A DNA stretch of 64,000 bases from Callorhinchus milii (taxonomy: Eukaryota): positions 14,200,001 to 14,264,000 of the forward strand of contig NW_024704743.1 of NCBI RefSeq assembly GCF_018977255.1. Direction: 5' to 3'. Below are positions 12,474 to 25,298 of this stretch, piece after piece; position 1 is the first letter of the stretch; the number at the start of each line of letters is the position of its first letter. The translations under genes were made by a program, and so were the position numbers. Below the pieces are notes generated by a model. The model ran no database searches. It saw only the letters and a program-made list of their open reading frames with translations, and had not been told where the DNA came from.

Positions 12474-12488
12474 ATCCCACTTCAACAA
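12474..12488 (-). promoter_or_regulatory. Degenerate primer-binding site, tRNA-Leu type
   Basis: Minus strand directly after the 5' LTR reads TTGTTGAAGTGGGAT; the complement of the vertebrate tRNA-Leu(CAA) 3' end is TGGTGTCAGAAGTGGGAT. Confidence 0.6.
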
Positions 12489-13170
12489 TGTAAGAGTTAA
12501 TTTATTTTCATGACCCTGTGGTGAAGTAAGGACTGACACAAATGTTGTACAATTAATCAATGTTTATTAATTCAGATTAATAATAGTTATAATGAATTAA
12601 AAGAATACATTCAATTATGCTTACATATCCATGGATACTGTAGTTCACAACGATTTAAGTTGACCAAACCAAATGCCACGGGAGAGATAGAGGAGCAATG
12701 TCCAATTTAATGTCCCATTTGAATGCAAATATAAGTCTTCAAAAAATATTAGTATTGTTATGCTGCTTCCAGTTCGATATCACCCAAAAGTATCCAGGTA
12801 TGATTGTACATTTAGAGTTGGTTATCTCATAGTCTTGATCTTCCCCCTTTGAAAGCTGGAATATGGTTCGCAACTCCAAGTTCTAAGTTCTTCCTTCTCT
12901 TTCGAATCTATCTCCGTTTATACCATTGATTAGGTGACCTTTCACTTATTGTTTTTTGCAAAATGGGTTTTCATGAGAAAATGACTGATAAGGAATGAAA
13001 ACAGTTTGTTTATAAATAGCCTTTTGTTTCTCCTATTTGAGCAAAGATCTTCTTTGAAGCTAGTCACAACCAATTCCCCTCACATGAGGTTGATCATATG
13101 TCTCAAATATATAAACATCGCAAATATAATTTGAGATATTATTTAACATATTAATTACAGAAATCCTACA
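12489..13170 (-). repeat. 5' LTR of the provirus
   Basis: Paired with 5277-6025, roughly 85% identical by eye over the first 200 nt, with reciprocal CA/TG differences typical of CpG decay. Confidence 0.9.
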
Positions 13171-13357
13171 CTTGGAAGGAGAATAGAGAACAAAAGATAA
13201 AATAACACAATGGGTAAAAATAACGGGCTGAATATGTGATGTATTAATTAATACATCATTGATAATTCTACCCCGTCACATTCATTAGGAGTGGACCAGT
13301 CAATCAGTTTACTGCATTTAGAAGTTGTGCTGCAGGAGAGCTATGTTCAGGTATTGA

Positions 13358-13810
13358 TGACAACAACAACTTGCATTTATGTAGCACCCTTCACACAGAG
13401 CAGTATAGTTGTGACGGAGCCTGACCCCTAGCCGGGAAGAGAGTGGAGGTGACAGCATGGTCGAAGAGGAAGGTCTTCAGTTGCGATCTAAAGGAGGGGA
13501 AGGAGGGGGCAAGACAGAAGGATTGGGGGAGAGAGTTCCAAAACCTTGGGGACTGTGAAAATATGAAAATATGAAATTCGAAAATATGGACTGGATTATT
13601 ACTGCATACTGTCATTGTTTTGTTAGGGATGAATTTTCTTGTCACACCACTTGGAGCCTGCATATATGTAGAGTTTAATGATCCGTTCCTGAACAACAAC
13701 AAAAACTTGCATTTATATAGCACCCCTTACGCTGGTAGCATCCCAGAACCTTTGACAGTGGAGAAGCATGATGCCGAGCAGGGTGGGGGGGGGGGGGGGG
13801 GGGGTGGAGA
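13358..13810 (-). mobile_element. Two L2 3' tail fragments; G20 run at 13785-13804
   Basis: (CAA)n ttgcatttat tails at 13358 and 13693; minus-strand FWNSLPQSFCLAPSFPSFRSQLKTFLFD. Confidence 0.75.
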
Positions 13811-15884
13811 TGATAATAAGCACGTACCCACTACTAATGCACGGTTTCCACAGAAAATGTTGACCTCCACCTGGCTTGGCTATAAAGCTGAAGCCTATCC
13901 TGGGATGGGAGGCATTGGATTCTGAGCTGCAGGAATTGTGAAATGGATTTTAGTGGCAAATGCAGGATGTGTTGTCGTTCCCTGGAATTTCCACTCAGGC
14001 ACCAGCTTGCAGAAGTAGAAACTGATTGAATTCCGAGCAAAGTTCTGGAGAGCTGGCTCTTTCACATTCATGATTCGCTATTTACAAAGCCTTTTGTGAA
14101 TCTCGTGGGTGAGTGTCTACTGTGGGTACATTACAAACCTCCATCACAATAACTGATTTGGGTTGTTATTTGATACAAATAACTTTTCCAAGAAGGGTTC
14201 CAGTGAGGATCATAAAACATTTCTGATAGTGTGCGGACACCTGTGGCAATGTGGATTTTTCTTTTGACGGCTGCCACCCTTTACAAGTGTTCTAAACCCT
14301 GGGTGTGAGGCATTGCATCGGTGGCTGCACTCAGCCTGGAAGTTTCTTCCTCTGCAATGCAAAGCTCCTCATATTGTCGTGGGACAGCAATTTGCTTGAT
14401 TGAGTCAGTGGAGGATTACATGCTCATTATTTATAAATCTTCAGCATGTTACTGAAGAAGTAGTTGCTGTTTCACGTTTACAGAGAAAAGATGATTTTAC
14501 TCTTTGGAGAGTGGTTTTGGAATTACATTGCAGTGCTCAGTGGAAAATTGAAATCACTCCCTTAAAGCCTGGTGTTTGTCTATTAAGCAGGCCACTGCTA
14601 ACCCAGATGATCTTAAGCTTACCCATAAATACAATGCTAGAGCCCTAGTTTAAAATAGAGAGTCAGATAAAATGTATATAAAGGCTTCCTCTGTAGAGTG
14701 ATGTACTATCGGAATGGGAGTCCACAAATGTTTGTTTATGAGCAAGTGTAGGGACAAACCATATCACTGTTCTTTCCAGCATCCGAGGCAAAAACAAATG
14801 CTAAATGGTTCAAGTTTATCAGAGGTACTCTGCTAGAAGAGCTCTTTTTATCGATTAATTGAAACTTACTTGATTTCCCAGAATCTGCTGTAGAACGGTC
14901 CTTTTTTGTGGAACATTGCTATGCACAAATTAGCTGCCCTGCTCCCCTACAAATACACAGTCACGACACTTCACAGTAAAATCCAGTGAAGCACTTTGCC
15001 GCATCCTGCTGATGCGAATGGTGCTATATCAAATGCAAGGATTTGTATTATTAATAATTAACAACAAAATTACATTTGTATAGCGCCTTTCATGTCGGGA
15101 GGATGTCACAAGGTGCTAGACAATCAGTGTTTCGGACCCGAGTTGAGGGTCGGGATCGGAGAGGGTGGAGGGCAGAGGTGCACACAGGCAGAGACAATAG
15201 CAGTAGAAATTAACTTACTGCCAAGAAGGGTCAGGGGAGGGTTAATTTGGCCGCCTCCGATTTGAAAATACTCAAATGGAATGCAAATTATTCAGCAGTG
15301 AGAATAGTAATTGATGCAAGAAACTTTAAAATTGAATCCTTAAGTGAGCTGCTCCTCGCTGCAGGCTCAGGATACAAATGGGTATCAAAACGTGTACTAC
15401 CATTGTCTTTGGGCCAAAACAAACTTTCTGAAATGGCTACCTCTGAAATGCCTGGGTACAACTCAAATTGAATAGTAATGTAAGAACAGCACTTATTTAT
15501 TTTAGTACCACACGCTCTGGATTTCAAATTTCTAGTTTTCCCAGGGTTTGGTTTTGACTGTTGTCAGCTGCTAAACCTCACAGAAACAATTGCACAACAT
15601 GACACCCATAAAATGAGGAGACATATTTTTGAGCTCTGATATATGATCCTACTCTTATTGTTGTCCATCTTAATAAGTCACAAAGAGACAAACAGAAATT
15701 CAGGTCACAGAAGACAAATCCAGGTAATATTTCAAAGAAGAAGTTTGTTTTTTAAAGGGGCATAGTTACTTTTACTGTTGTTGGGACAATATCTGGCTTC
15801 TCTTAATGTCACATTGTTATTCATTTTTGCAGAAATGTCAAAAGATCATTTGTGATAATATTGTCAGGATAGAAATGATATTAG

Positions 15885-16265
15885 TAACTTACATTTGATA
15901 CAGTGCCTTATCACGTCATTGAAACATCTCAAAGCGATTCACAGAAATTAGTGTAAAGTGTAGTGACTGTCTATTTGTAGACAAACATGGCATCCAATTT
16001 GCACACAAAAGTACCCACAAAGAGCGAGGAAGCAAATTTTATCTGGGGGATCAGGAGAAATTTCCTTCTCTTTTTCAATAGGATCATGGGATCTTTAACA
16101 TCCACCTGACAGGAACTTGGTTTAACGCTTCATCCACAAAAGACGGAACTTTTGACACTGCAGTGCTACCCCATCATTGCACTGAAGTGTCAGCCTAGAA
16201 TAGGCCTGATGTGGAGTTTGAACCCACAACCTTCAAATTCAAGTGTGCCACCAAACTGGTGACAC
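15885..16265 (-). mobile_element. Older Deu-type SINE
   Basis: catgggatctttaacatccacctg, ggtttaacgc, tgaagtgtcagcctag, gaacccacaaccttc. Confidence 0.75.
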
Positions 16266-16344
16266 CTGGCTCCTCTTATGGATGGAATATTGTGCAATTA
16301 TTTCTGTGAGTACTGGAGGCTGATTATTGTCAAAATCAAAATAT

Positions 16345-16715
16345 TTGGCTCATCCAGAACTCGGTAATCAACACTTCCTTCCCATCACTTCAAGCCTTGG
16401 CACCTCCTGACATCTCTGACTGCCTTACTCCCACTCCACTAGCCTATGCTCGGCTGGCTCTGTCCTGCTGCATGTCCCTTGTCCCCACTGCTCCAATATT
16501 GGCAGCTGTGCTTTCAGCCACTGCTCCCGTAATGAGAGAACTCCTTCGCTAAATCCCTCCACCTTGTCTCCTCGCCCATCTTCAGATCACACCTGAAGAT
16601 CTTCCTCTTTGACTGTGCCTACGGTGACCTCCCCACTCCGCCAGCTCAACAAGTTCTGCCACTGTTTGGCACTCCCAGGAGCTACTCCGCGTGAAGAGTG
16701 CTTTATAAATGCAAT
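16345..16715 (+). mobile_element. L2 3' end, degenerate
   Basis: catccagaactc...ctttcagccac...cttcctctttgactgtgcctacgg...tttataaatgcaa. Confidence 0.75.
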
Positions 16716-18399
16716 TCGTGATGGGTGTCCCCACACCATAATGATGTCCCCTTAATATACAATGGGAAGTGGTATTAGTGGTGGATTTGGGAAAATAACC
16801 TGTGAAGTGGTGTGGGCAAGATAACATGAGCCAGATCTAGTAGCAGGGATGCAAGTAATTTCTTTTTTTTATAATGCTCCCCAACCTCCATATCCAATTT
16901 GTTGATGCCCATTTGACTTCTTGTGAGTTGGAAGATATTGTGGTGCCTTATATGACTGACAGATTGATATATCGGTGCTGTAATGGCATCAAAGAGCTCA
17001 GCCTGTGATTACAGGTCCGTCTATTCGTATCAAGAGCTCTGTAAAATGTGATGGATTTGAGAGTGGGAGAGGAGAGACAGCCGAGAAAGATAAACAGAGC
17101 TGGATAATATGTGCAGCTCATTTGATATAACCTGGACACTAGGTGACACATGAACTAGAGACAAAATGGTAGCTAAACACAGCAGCTTCATCAACATTTA
17201 TAGAGAAAAGACAGGACTTAAACATTAACTTATCTTTCCATTTCAGATATTAAATGGCTGGCTGGTCATTTGTTAATATAATTATTATATTATTACGATG
17301 AATTGCACACCCTAACAACTTCATGAGTGAGCTCATATATGTGGAGTAGGATTTTTAAGAAGCCAGCCATTTGTGATCAGCCACCGTCTACTTAATAAAT
17401 CAATCCTACAGATTTACAATTTCTCCAGCCATCAATAGATACCAGCTTGTAACCATGGGAACTCCATCTCCTCCCTTCGACCTAGTGTTCTTAAGATATC
17501 AGTAGCCCAAAAACTAACTTGCCGTTTGTTGCACAGATGACCCACCCAGGAGAGAGAAAAAAAACATCCTCAACTCTAAATCTCCTCGGACGAACAACCA
17601 CTGTCTAAATTGTGTCAGAACCAAAAAAAGGCAACCTTTGAGTTGGGTCCTGATAGCCAGAACAAACACACACACACCATCAGCTTTGACAACCAAGCTC
17701 TCTTCTGCCTGACACTGCTAGATATGCGCTGACTACCAATGTCCCATTGATGCTGTGTTGCAAGTTAAGTCAATTCAGTGCTGAAAATACACTGTAAACC
17801 CTTCAGTGTGTGATTCACAGCACACGATCACAAAGCAATTCGTGTTTTATTTTGGGTGGGGGAAGGGGTGGCTGGCATAAAGCACCTCGGACATATTGTG
17901 TTAGGAAGAAAAGTGATTCATTCTGTGTCGATTGAAATGCTAGTGCTCTGAATCCAGTCAAAACCTCCGGTCCCCAGAGTTGACTTGGCCCCATATACGC
18001 AATGAATAAAAAATGAAAAATTGTGCTCCCTACCTTGAAAATGCTCCTTGGGTCCCTTAATAAGTCTTTTCACGATCTTTGTGGCCATTTGTTCACTGCT
18101 GACCCCTATCTACTTACATCAAAAGGCTACAGAAATATTACAGTATTTCAAAATACACATTTTTTTCTCAGTGTTTGGGTCATTTGTGTAACAATATCTT
18201 TCACCCGCAAAATACACAGTCAATCCACTTTACAATATATTCTGTAGGGTACTTGGAGACATGGAGATGTCTCAACAATGTGATAATACACTATATCAAA
18301 TGCAAAGTTTATTATTATTATTATTAGTATATATTTCAAGCTGTTTGGTGAATGGTGTAATTCTGGTCTGTCTGCTCACTGCAATACTAATAATATAAT

Positions 18400-18711
18400 A
18401 ATACTAATCCTTGTATTTGATATAGAGCTTCTCACGTCTTCTAGACGTCCCAAAGTACTTCACAGAGTATACTGTAAAGTGAATTGACTGCATATTTGTG
18501 GGCGAACGCGGCAGCCAATTGCGCACAGCAATGTCCCACAAACAGTCGTAGATTGAAAATGTCAATTTATTATTGNTTTTTTTTGGAGGGATTATTATTA
18601 GGCGTGTGGAGTAAGCAAACTTGCCCAAGGTTTCGCCCTGACCTGCCTGGAATTGAACTCAGGTCTCTCGCTTGCAAAGCGAGTGCTCTAACCACTGAGC
18701 TGCAGGACTCC
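18400..18711 (-). mobile_element. tRNA-Ala-derived SINE, full length
   Basis: Near-identical to 22332-22640; contains an ambiguous base N at 18576. Confidence 0.9.
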
Positions 18712-19389
18712 AGAAATCTCTAAATGGAAGCTGCATTGCTTCCAGCGATATGAATAAGAGTTTTTAAATAAGGGTATAGATAAGTATGGGAAGATGAGGG
18801 CAGTTTGGGCTGTGACAGTCTGTATAGTTGACATTCCAAGCTAAGGCTCACACGTGAGAAGTGGTCACTTGAGCAGGGTTCCAGAGGGCAACATATGCCC
18901 ATGGAACCACATCACAGTAATAATAACAACTTGCATCTATATAACACCCTTCAGGCAGGGTAGCGTCTTGGATCACGGGTAAGTGTAAGAGGAGGTGAGA
19001 CCATGAGCAGAATGGCATCTGCCAATTAGCAGAAAATAATAGGCCACGCTCCATTTAAAAAAAAATCGCATTCCTTTCACCAAGTTTAAAACCAAAGAGA
19101 TGGCATCAAGGTTTGAGTTGTGATGTTTACAAAGCCTAAAATTCATCTCCCCCACCCCAAATCCCCATCTCCCCTATCCCCTCTCCCTCCCCCGACCCCT
19201 CTCCCCACCCCGATCATTTTGTCTTAAAATTTTTAGAGTATGCAAGATTGTGACAATCTTTAAATTGAATTTGAAAGATGCTTCTTTTTAAGAAATGTAG
19301 AAAAACGTCTTCCACATGGAGAATGAATTCAAGAATTTTTCACAGTTCTGAGGGATGTTAACTTGTAAGACCAAATTTTCTCACGGGAA

Positions 19390-19800
19390 ACAACAACTTG
19401 CATTTCTATAGTGTCCTTCACACAGGGTAGCATCCCAGAGCATTTAACAGTGGCGGAGTCTGACCCCGAGCCAGGGGAAGAGGGAGGGGGGAGGTGACCA
19501 TAAGCACGATCAAAAAGAAAGGTCTTTAGGTGGGATTTGAAACTGGGGTGAGGGCAAGGAAGAGGCATTGTGGGAGAGAGTTCCAGAGCTTCGGGGAGTA
19601 GGGGCTGAAAGCATTGGTGCCAATGATGGAGCAGTTGGGGGAAGAGACAAACAGGAGGCCGGAGTCAGTCAAGCGGAGGCAGCGGGTGGTGGAGTGGGGG
19701 GTAAGCAAATCGGAAAGTTAGGGAGGTGCGAGGGCATGAAGGGATTTGAAAACGAGTGAGAGGATCTTGAAGTCGATCCGTTCGGAAATTGCAAGGGCTG
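19390..19800 (-). mobile_element. L2 3' end
   Basis: Minus-strand [30 protein letters not shown]; caacaacttgcatt tail. Confidence 0.85.
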
Positions 19801-22331
19801 GTGTGATGGGAGATAAGACTGAATGGAATTCCTTGGATTAAAACGTACCTTAATAAACTAGTTGTTGGTGCATCCGCAATATGACACAGACCTAAGAAGA
19901 ACAGTTTTAAGAAAAAAAACTTGGTGTTCAGTTTATGTTTTAGAATTTTTTTGAAGGTAAATTCAAAACAGGACAGTCCGATCCAACAGAGAACCGGTAG
20001 AATTCTTGAGGAAAAGGTGGAAAAGCCCATCAGTAATGGGAAATAGTTTATGATCGGAAGGAGTGATACAGGCTGCAAATGTATTGACAGACGTGAAGCT
20101 GTGATTAAGAATGACTTGGCATGGAGTATTAATAGCCCGTCATACGGTTCTTATGGGGCAAGATATCATTGATCATTGCTCGCCAAATGCCCGTTTTTTT
20201 CCTGTAAGACTAGTTCATTTTAAAGTGTTTAGATCACCCAGAATTGGGGAGGATCCTCACATTCAATCTTAATTTGGAAGCGGGTTTTCTGCTGGTTCTG
20301 TTTAAAAGAGGCAGCTACAACAGGATTTAAGAATTTTCCACAATTCCGTGCATTCTTAAATTTTAAGATTGAATGGTCTCACAGCTGAGGTCAGGTAAAT
20401 TTGAGGCTTCAAATGCAGTGTTATGGAGGGAGAGTACTCATCAAGTGAGACATTATACAGTGTACTTACCAAATTGCACATTGTGCAATGTTTGTCTGGT
20501 AGTATAAGAGCATCTGGATAAGGTGATCTTCCACTTTGACATCATTGAAACCAAGTAAAAGCTGAATTTTTAATGTTAAAGGGTAATTCTTAAAGTTAGA
20601 GTCGAGCTGATGAGCTAGTTGGAGGCTGGTGAGCACAGCTCCACTTTCTCTGATTAGACACTTGCATGAGTCAGTAGCATGAAAGTTGTGCCAACAGTAT
20701 CATCAAACCTTCAGTTTCACGTTTCTTTTAGTCTTTCTGACACACAGTGAAAATCATTTGGCCTCTCTATTTGTTTTCTTATTTTGCATGAAGTTTTACT
20801 ATATTAAAAATTCATTTGTTAGACAATTGTGCAATTAATTTTTTATTGTGTCTGAAATATTAAAACATCAAATTTTAAATGAGTGATTGTTAGTATTTCA
20901 ACACTGGAAAAGTTGGTCTAGCTGAACATAACACAGCAGACAATGAGAAAAGGCCATTCAGAGCACAGTGCTCACCTTCAATCAACCAAGCAGCACATTT
21001 TATACCTGTTATTCACCTGCCTAGAAACAATCTGCCATTTTTTTCCCGAGAGCTCTAAAACATGCTTAAGTAAAATTTGGTAATATTTACCTTCACTAGC
21101 AATTCAGTTATACAAATCGGACCAGATGGTGTCCATTATGCAATGCAAATCCTAGCCTCACTAAGTGATTACAGCATACAATTTTATAATCATGTACTTG
21201 GCTCTGTGCATAATGGGTTCCATTTCTTTTGGCCCATTTTTGCTATGAAGCCTGCCTACAATAAAGCCAGCGGGCAAATAGAAAGAACGGGCAGTACCAG
21301 TGGGTCTTATGAACAGTGCGAGGAATTAATGATATTGTAGGAGGCAGATTTTTCTCCATTTTAATCATTATCAATGCAGGGGATTGACTGGAGCAACAGT
21401 TTGACTTTTACTCCAGTCCAATTTGTACTCACAACAACAACAACTTGCACGTATATTGCGGTAAAGGTAGCGTCTCAGAGCGCTTAACAATGGTGGAGCC
21501 TAACTCCAGGGTGGGCGGGGGGGGGGGGGAGGGAAAGGTGGGGGAGAGGGGAGGTGTCCATAAGCACGGTTGAAAAGGAAAGTTTTAAGGTGGGACTTGA
21601 AAAAGAGGAGAGAGGGGGCAAGGCAAGATTGAGAGAGAGTTTTTCAAAATTTCGGGGCTGAAAGCGCGATTTCCAATGGTGGAGTGGAGGGACGTCTGTG
21701 AGACACAAACCTATGTCCACCAATATCTTGCTTCACACATAATTCCAGGAATATTTCTTTGATGCCCTCGATCTTGTTCAGTCGACACATTGGGATTTTG
21801 AAGAGACACAGGGATTTGCTGTTAGCTGTAAATCAGAGAACTCATGGTAATAGTTACCATGACAATAACTCAGATGAACAAATATTAGGTTTTTCCCTCC
21901 CCCAAACACAGTGGACATTTGAATAACGACCAATTGTAAGAGTTGACACAAATGATTAAATATTCCATGAAACACATTGACTGTGCTGATGGGTCTGTGC
22001 ATTGAAAAGAAGTTCCCTGGCTCAGAACCAATGTAATTGCAGTACTTTGAGAATGAGCTGGAAAGATACAGTATCTGGTGAAGAACAGAATTGAAGGTTC
22101 CACAGATAAAGATAAACACCACACAATGTTGTACTGGCTCTTGAGACCACAGATTAGTCAGCAGTGAAATAGAAGCTCTCAACTTGGATTGTAATGTTGC
22201 AACAGTAACTTGCACTTGTACAATGCCTTTCACGTAGGATCACGTCTCACAGAGTGGAGTATGAAGGTTTTGTGAGACGAAGGGGTGGATGTGAGGCAGA
22301 GAGTTTAGGGAAAGAGTTTTCCATGCATTTG

Positions 22332-22640
22332 ATAATCCTTGCATTTGATATAGCGCTTTTCACGTCGGGAGGACGTCCCAAAGCGCTTCACAGAACACAT
22401 TGTAAAGTGAATTGACTGTATATTTGTGGGCGAACGCGGCAGCCAATTGCGCACAGCAATGTCCCACAAACAGTCGTAGATTGAAAATGACCAATTTATT
22501 ATTGTTTTTGGTTTTTGGAGGGATTATTATTAGGCGTGTGGAGTAAGGAAACTTGCCCAAGGTTTCGCCCTGCCTGGAATTGAACTCAGGTCTCTCGCTT
22601 GCAAAGTGAGTGCTCTAACCACTGAGCTACAGGACTCCAC
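22332..22640 (-). mobile_element. tRNA-Ala-derived SINE, full length, young
   Basis: Minus strand GTGGAGTCCTGTAGCTCAGTGGTTAGAGCACTCACTTTGCAAGCGAGAGACCTGAGTTCAATTCC (A and B boxes) through to the L2-like tail. Confidence 0.92.
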
Positions 22641-22648
22641 TTACTCTG

Positions 22649-23310
22649 CTTTATAAATAGGGGCAGAGAATACAAAAGTAAGGAGGTTATAATCAACCTT
22701 TATAAAACACTGGTTAAGCCTCAACTACAGACTGTGTTCAGTTCTGGGCACCACCTTTGGAAGGATGTCAAGGCTTGGAGAGGATGCAAAGGAGATTTAC
22801 CAGGATGATACCAGGAATGAGGGACTTTAGTTATGAGGAAAGGCTAGAGAAGCTAGGATTATTCTCCTTGGAGCAGAGAAGGTTAACAGGAGATTTAATA
22901 GAGGTGTTCAGAATTATGAGGGGATTCGATAGGGTGAACAGTGAGAAACTGTTTCCACTGGCGTGTGGGTGGTAACCAGAGGATACAGATTTAAAATAGT
23001 TACCAAATAAACCAGAGGGGAGGAGAATTTTTTTCACACAGCGATTTGTTCGGATCTGGAATGCATTGCCTGAAAGGGTGGTAGAAGCCGATTCAATAAC
23101 AACTTTCAAGAGAGAAGTACATAGATATTTGGGGAGGACAAGTTTGCAGGGCTGTGGGGAGAGCGCGGGGTAGATTTAAAGTGGGAACAAGATATTCTAA
23201 AAAGAGTAATTTGCAGGGGTATGGGGAAAAGGCAAGTAAATGTCACTAAATGAATTGCTCTTTCTAACAGCCAGCGCATAGACCAAATGGCCTTCTTCTG
23301 TGCTGTAAAA
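22649..23310 (+). mobile_element. CR1 LINE 3' fragment
   Basis: LYKTLVKPQL..CVQFWAP; LERMQRRFTRMIPGMRDFSYEERLEKLGLFSLEQRRLTGDLIEVFRIMRG; WNALP. Confidence 0.92.
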
Positions 23311-24982
23311 TTCTTTGGTTGTATGGGTAGGATGGGGAACGGGCGTGGAAGCATTTGAAAGTTAGATTATGGATACTGAATTCCATTTGTGGGAAATAGG
23401 GAGCAGGTGATAGGCTTGTGAAGCCAATGTGGAAAGGATAAACTGCTGAGTTCTAGGTAAGCTGGAGCTTGTGCAGGGTTAAACAAGGATGGCTGGTGAA
23501 GAGAGCATTATAGAAGTAAAACCTGGAGGTGACAAAGGTGTGGAGAAGGGTTTTGGATACTTTGGGAGTGAGATAAAGATGGAGGTGAGCAATGTTGGAG
23601 AGATGGAGGAAAGCGGATATGGTTAAGGATTGATGGAAAGCTTAAAGGAGAACTCAGATTTAAACAAAATGACACGTATGAGGATTACACGATGCAGAGA
23701 GCCACAATACTAAGAATGTGACGTTAATTATTATGGCAAGGATGAGCAATGAATCTAATAGTAATTGTCTGATTCAGTTTAATAAAATATGACTCAATCT
23801 ATCAAATCCAAAGCTTAACCATCCTGATATAAAGTGCTGTTGAACGCCTACAGTTCAGCACAGGAACAAAAACGTGCCTCTGTGAGAATGTAATCTTCTT
23901 TATGGTATTTCCATGTCAGCATTGAGGCACGAAATGCTAATATTTCAGAGCCAATTTGAAGAAAACTTTTTTTAAAATTAGTCCATTCAGTTGACCTGAG
24001 TATGGAGAAGGGATTGATCGCATTTCTAAATCCAGAACATCACATGTCCCTTGTCAGTGCACAAGCTTATATCTCCACCGTAGACTGATCCTTAATAAGT
24101 GAGCAGGTGCAGGTCTATATAAATAATGAAGAAAGCAGATCTTCTCTCAGAGTTCTGATGTGTTGTAACCAATATTGAAATCAGATACAGTGTAAAGCTT
24201 TCCGTGCCTTTAAGATTAGAATGAAGGTTGTTCTCAGAACCTGACTTAATTTCAGCAACGTTTACATTTCGGCTTGAATAGTCAAAGAAAAAATATTTGT
24301 GCTTTTCTGCAAGCTAATTGTAGTCTTAAGGGGGAAGGCGATGCAGTGTGGAAACAGGAACTGCATTCCATTGAGCAGCATTGTCAGGATAAATATGACT
24401 TAGCTCCTCATTGAACACATTCCTCACATTGACTTCTCTAGCTCCCTGGGAAACCAAGCTTCCCAGTTACTAAATAGGTTGCCATCTGTGTCTGAGGAAG
24501 TTTCATCAAACCCCTCAGACTCCTGCGTAAATTACTCTGAAAAACAATGAGATTAGTTTGCCTGGGTCCTGCCATTCTAAATTTTGTATGTCCTAGTTGG
24601 AATAATAAAGGTGAAATTAAAATGAAACAAGATGTACAGTTCTTCGTAGAATCAAGCTGTGCGCATGAGAAAATTCAAAAGTAAAAGTAATCTGGTGAGT
24701 TTTGCCATGTGCATGGGCTTTCTCTCCAGCTTTACACTTTGCAATGTTTTGTCAGAATGTAGCACAATTTATTTTTGTTTGACCATTTCATTTGAAAACA
24801 TTTTCTATCGCATGATTGATCAGAAAATCACGATGCATTATATCAGATGCAATGATGTGGCCATTTCTCCACATACAATTAAATCTATCTAACATTCATG
24901 AAGACTCTGACATTGGTTAATTGAACTGGGATTAAATGAAGTGATCACTGCATCAGTTGGCAATTTAAAGCATCCTTTCATT

Positions 24983-25298
24983 TAATAATAATAATCCTTT
25001 CATTTGATATAGCACCTTATCACGTCTTCTAGATGTTTAAAGCGCTTCACAGAATATACTGTAAAGTGAATTGACTATGTTTTGTTGGAAAAATGTGGCA
25101 GCAGTGTCCCGCAAACAGTCATGGATTAAGTATCAAAATTATTATTTGTTTAAGGAGTTATTATTTCCGGAAAAGCTATCTGCAAATTGACTAATAATTA
25201 GATTCCTACTTACTGCTAGGTAAACAGAAGCATGTAGAGTAAAGCATCTAACCCAACGTTTCGCCCTGCTGGGAATCAAACCCAGGTCCTTTCGCTTG
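24983..25298 (-). mobile_element. SINE, older subfamily related to the tRNA-Ala family
   Basis: (TAA)n tail, aagcgcttcacagaatatactgtaaagtgaattgac core, gggaatcaaacccaggtc B-box region. Confidence 0.8.

Larger units (their letters stand above)
5277..13170 (-). mobile_element. Decayed provirus / LTR retroelement with internal deletions and nested insertions
   Basis: Direct repeats at 5277-6025 and 12489-13170 with TG...CA ends; 5-bp TSD CTTGG at 5272-5276 and 13171-13175; gag, pro and RT remnants on the minus strand. Confidence 0.93.

Noticed and set aside
13785..13804. G20 run as a functional G-quadruplex
   Set aside because: It lies in the C-rich 3' UTR of a minus-strand L2 remnant; simple homopolymer expansion whose length may be unreliable.
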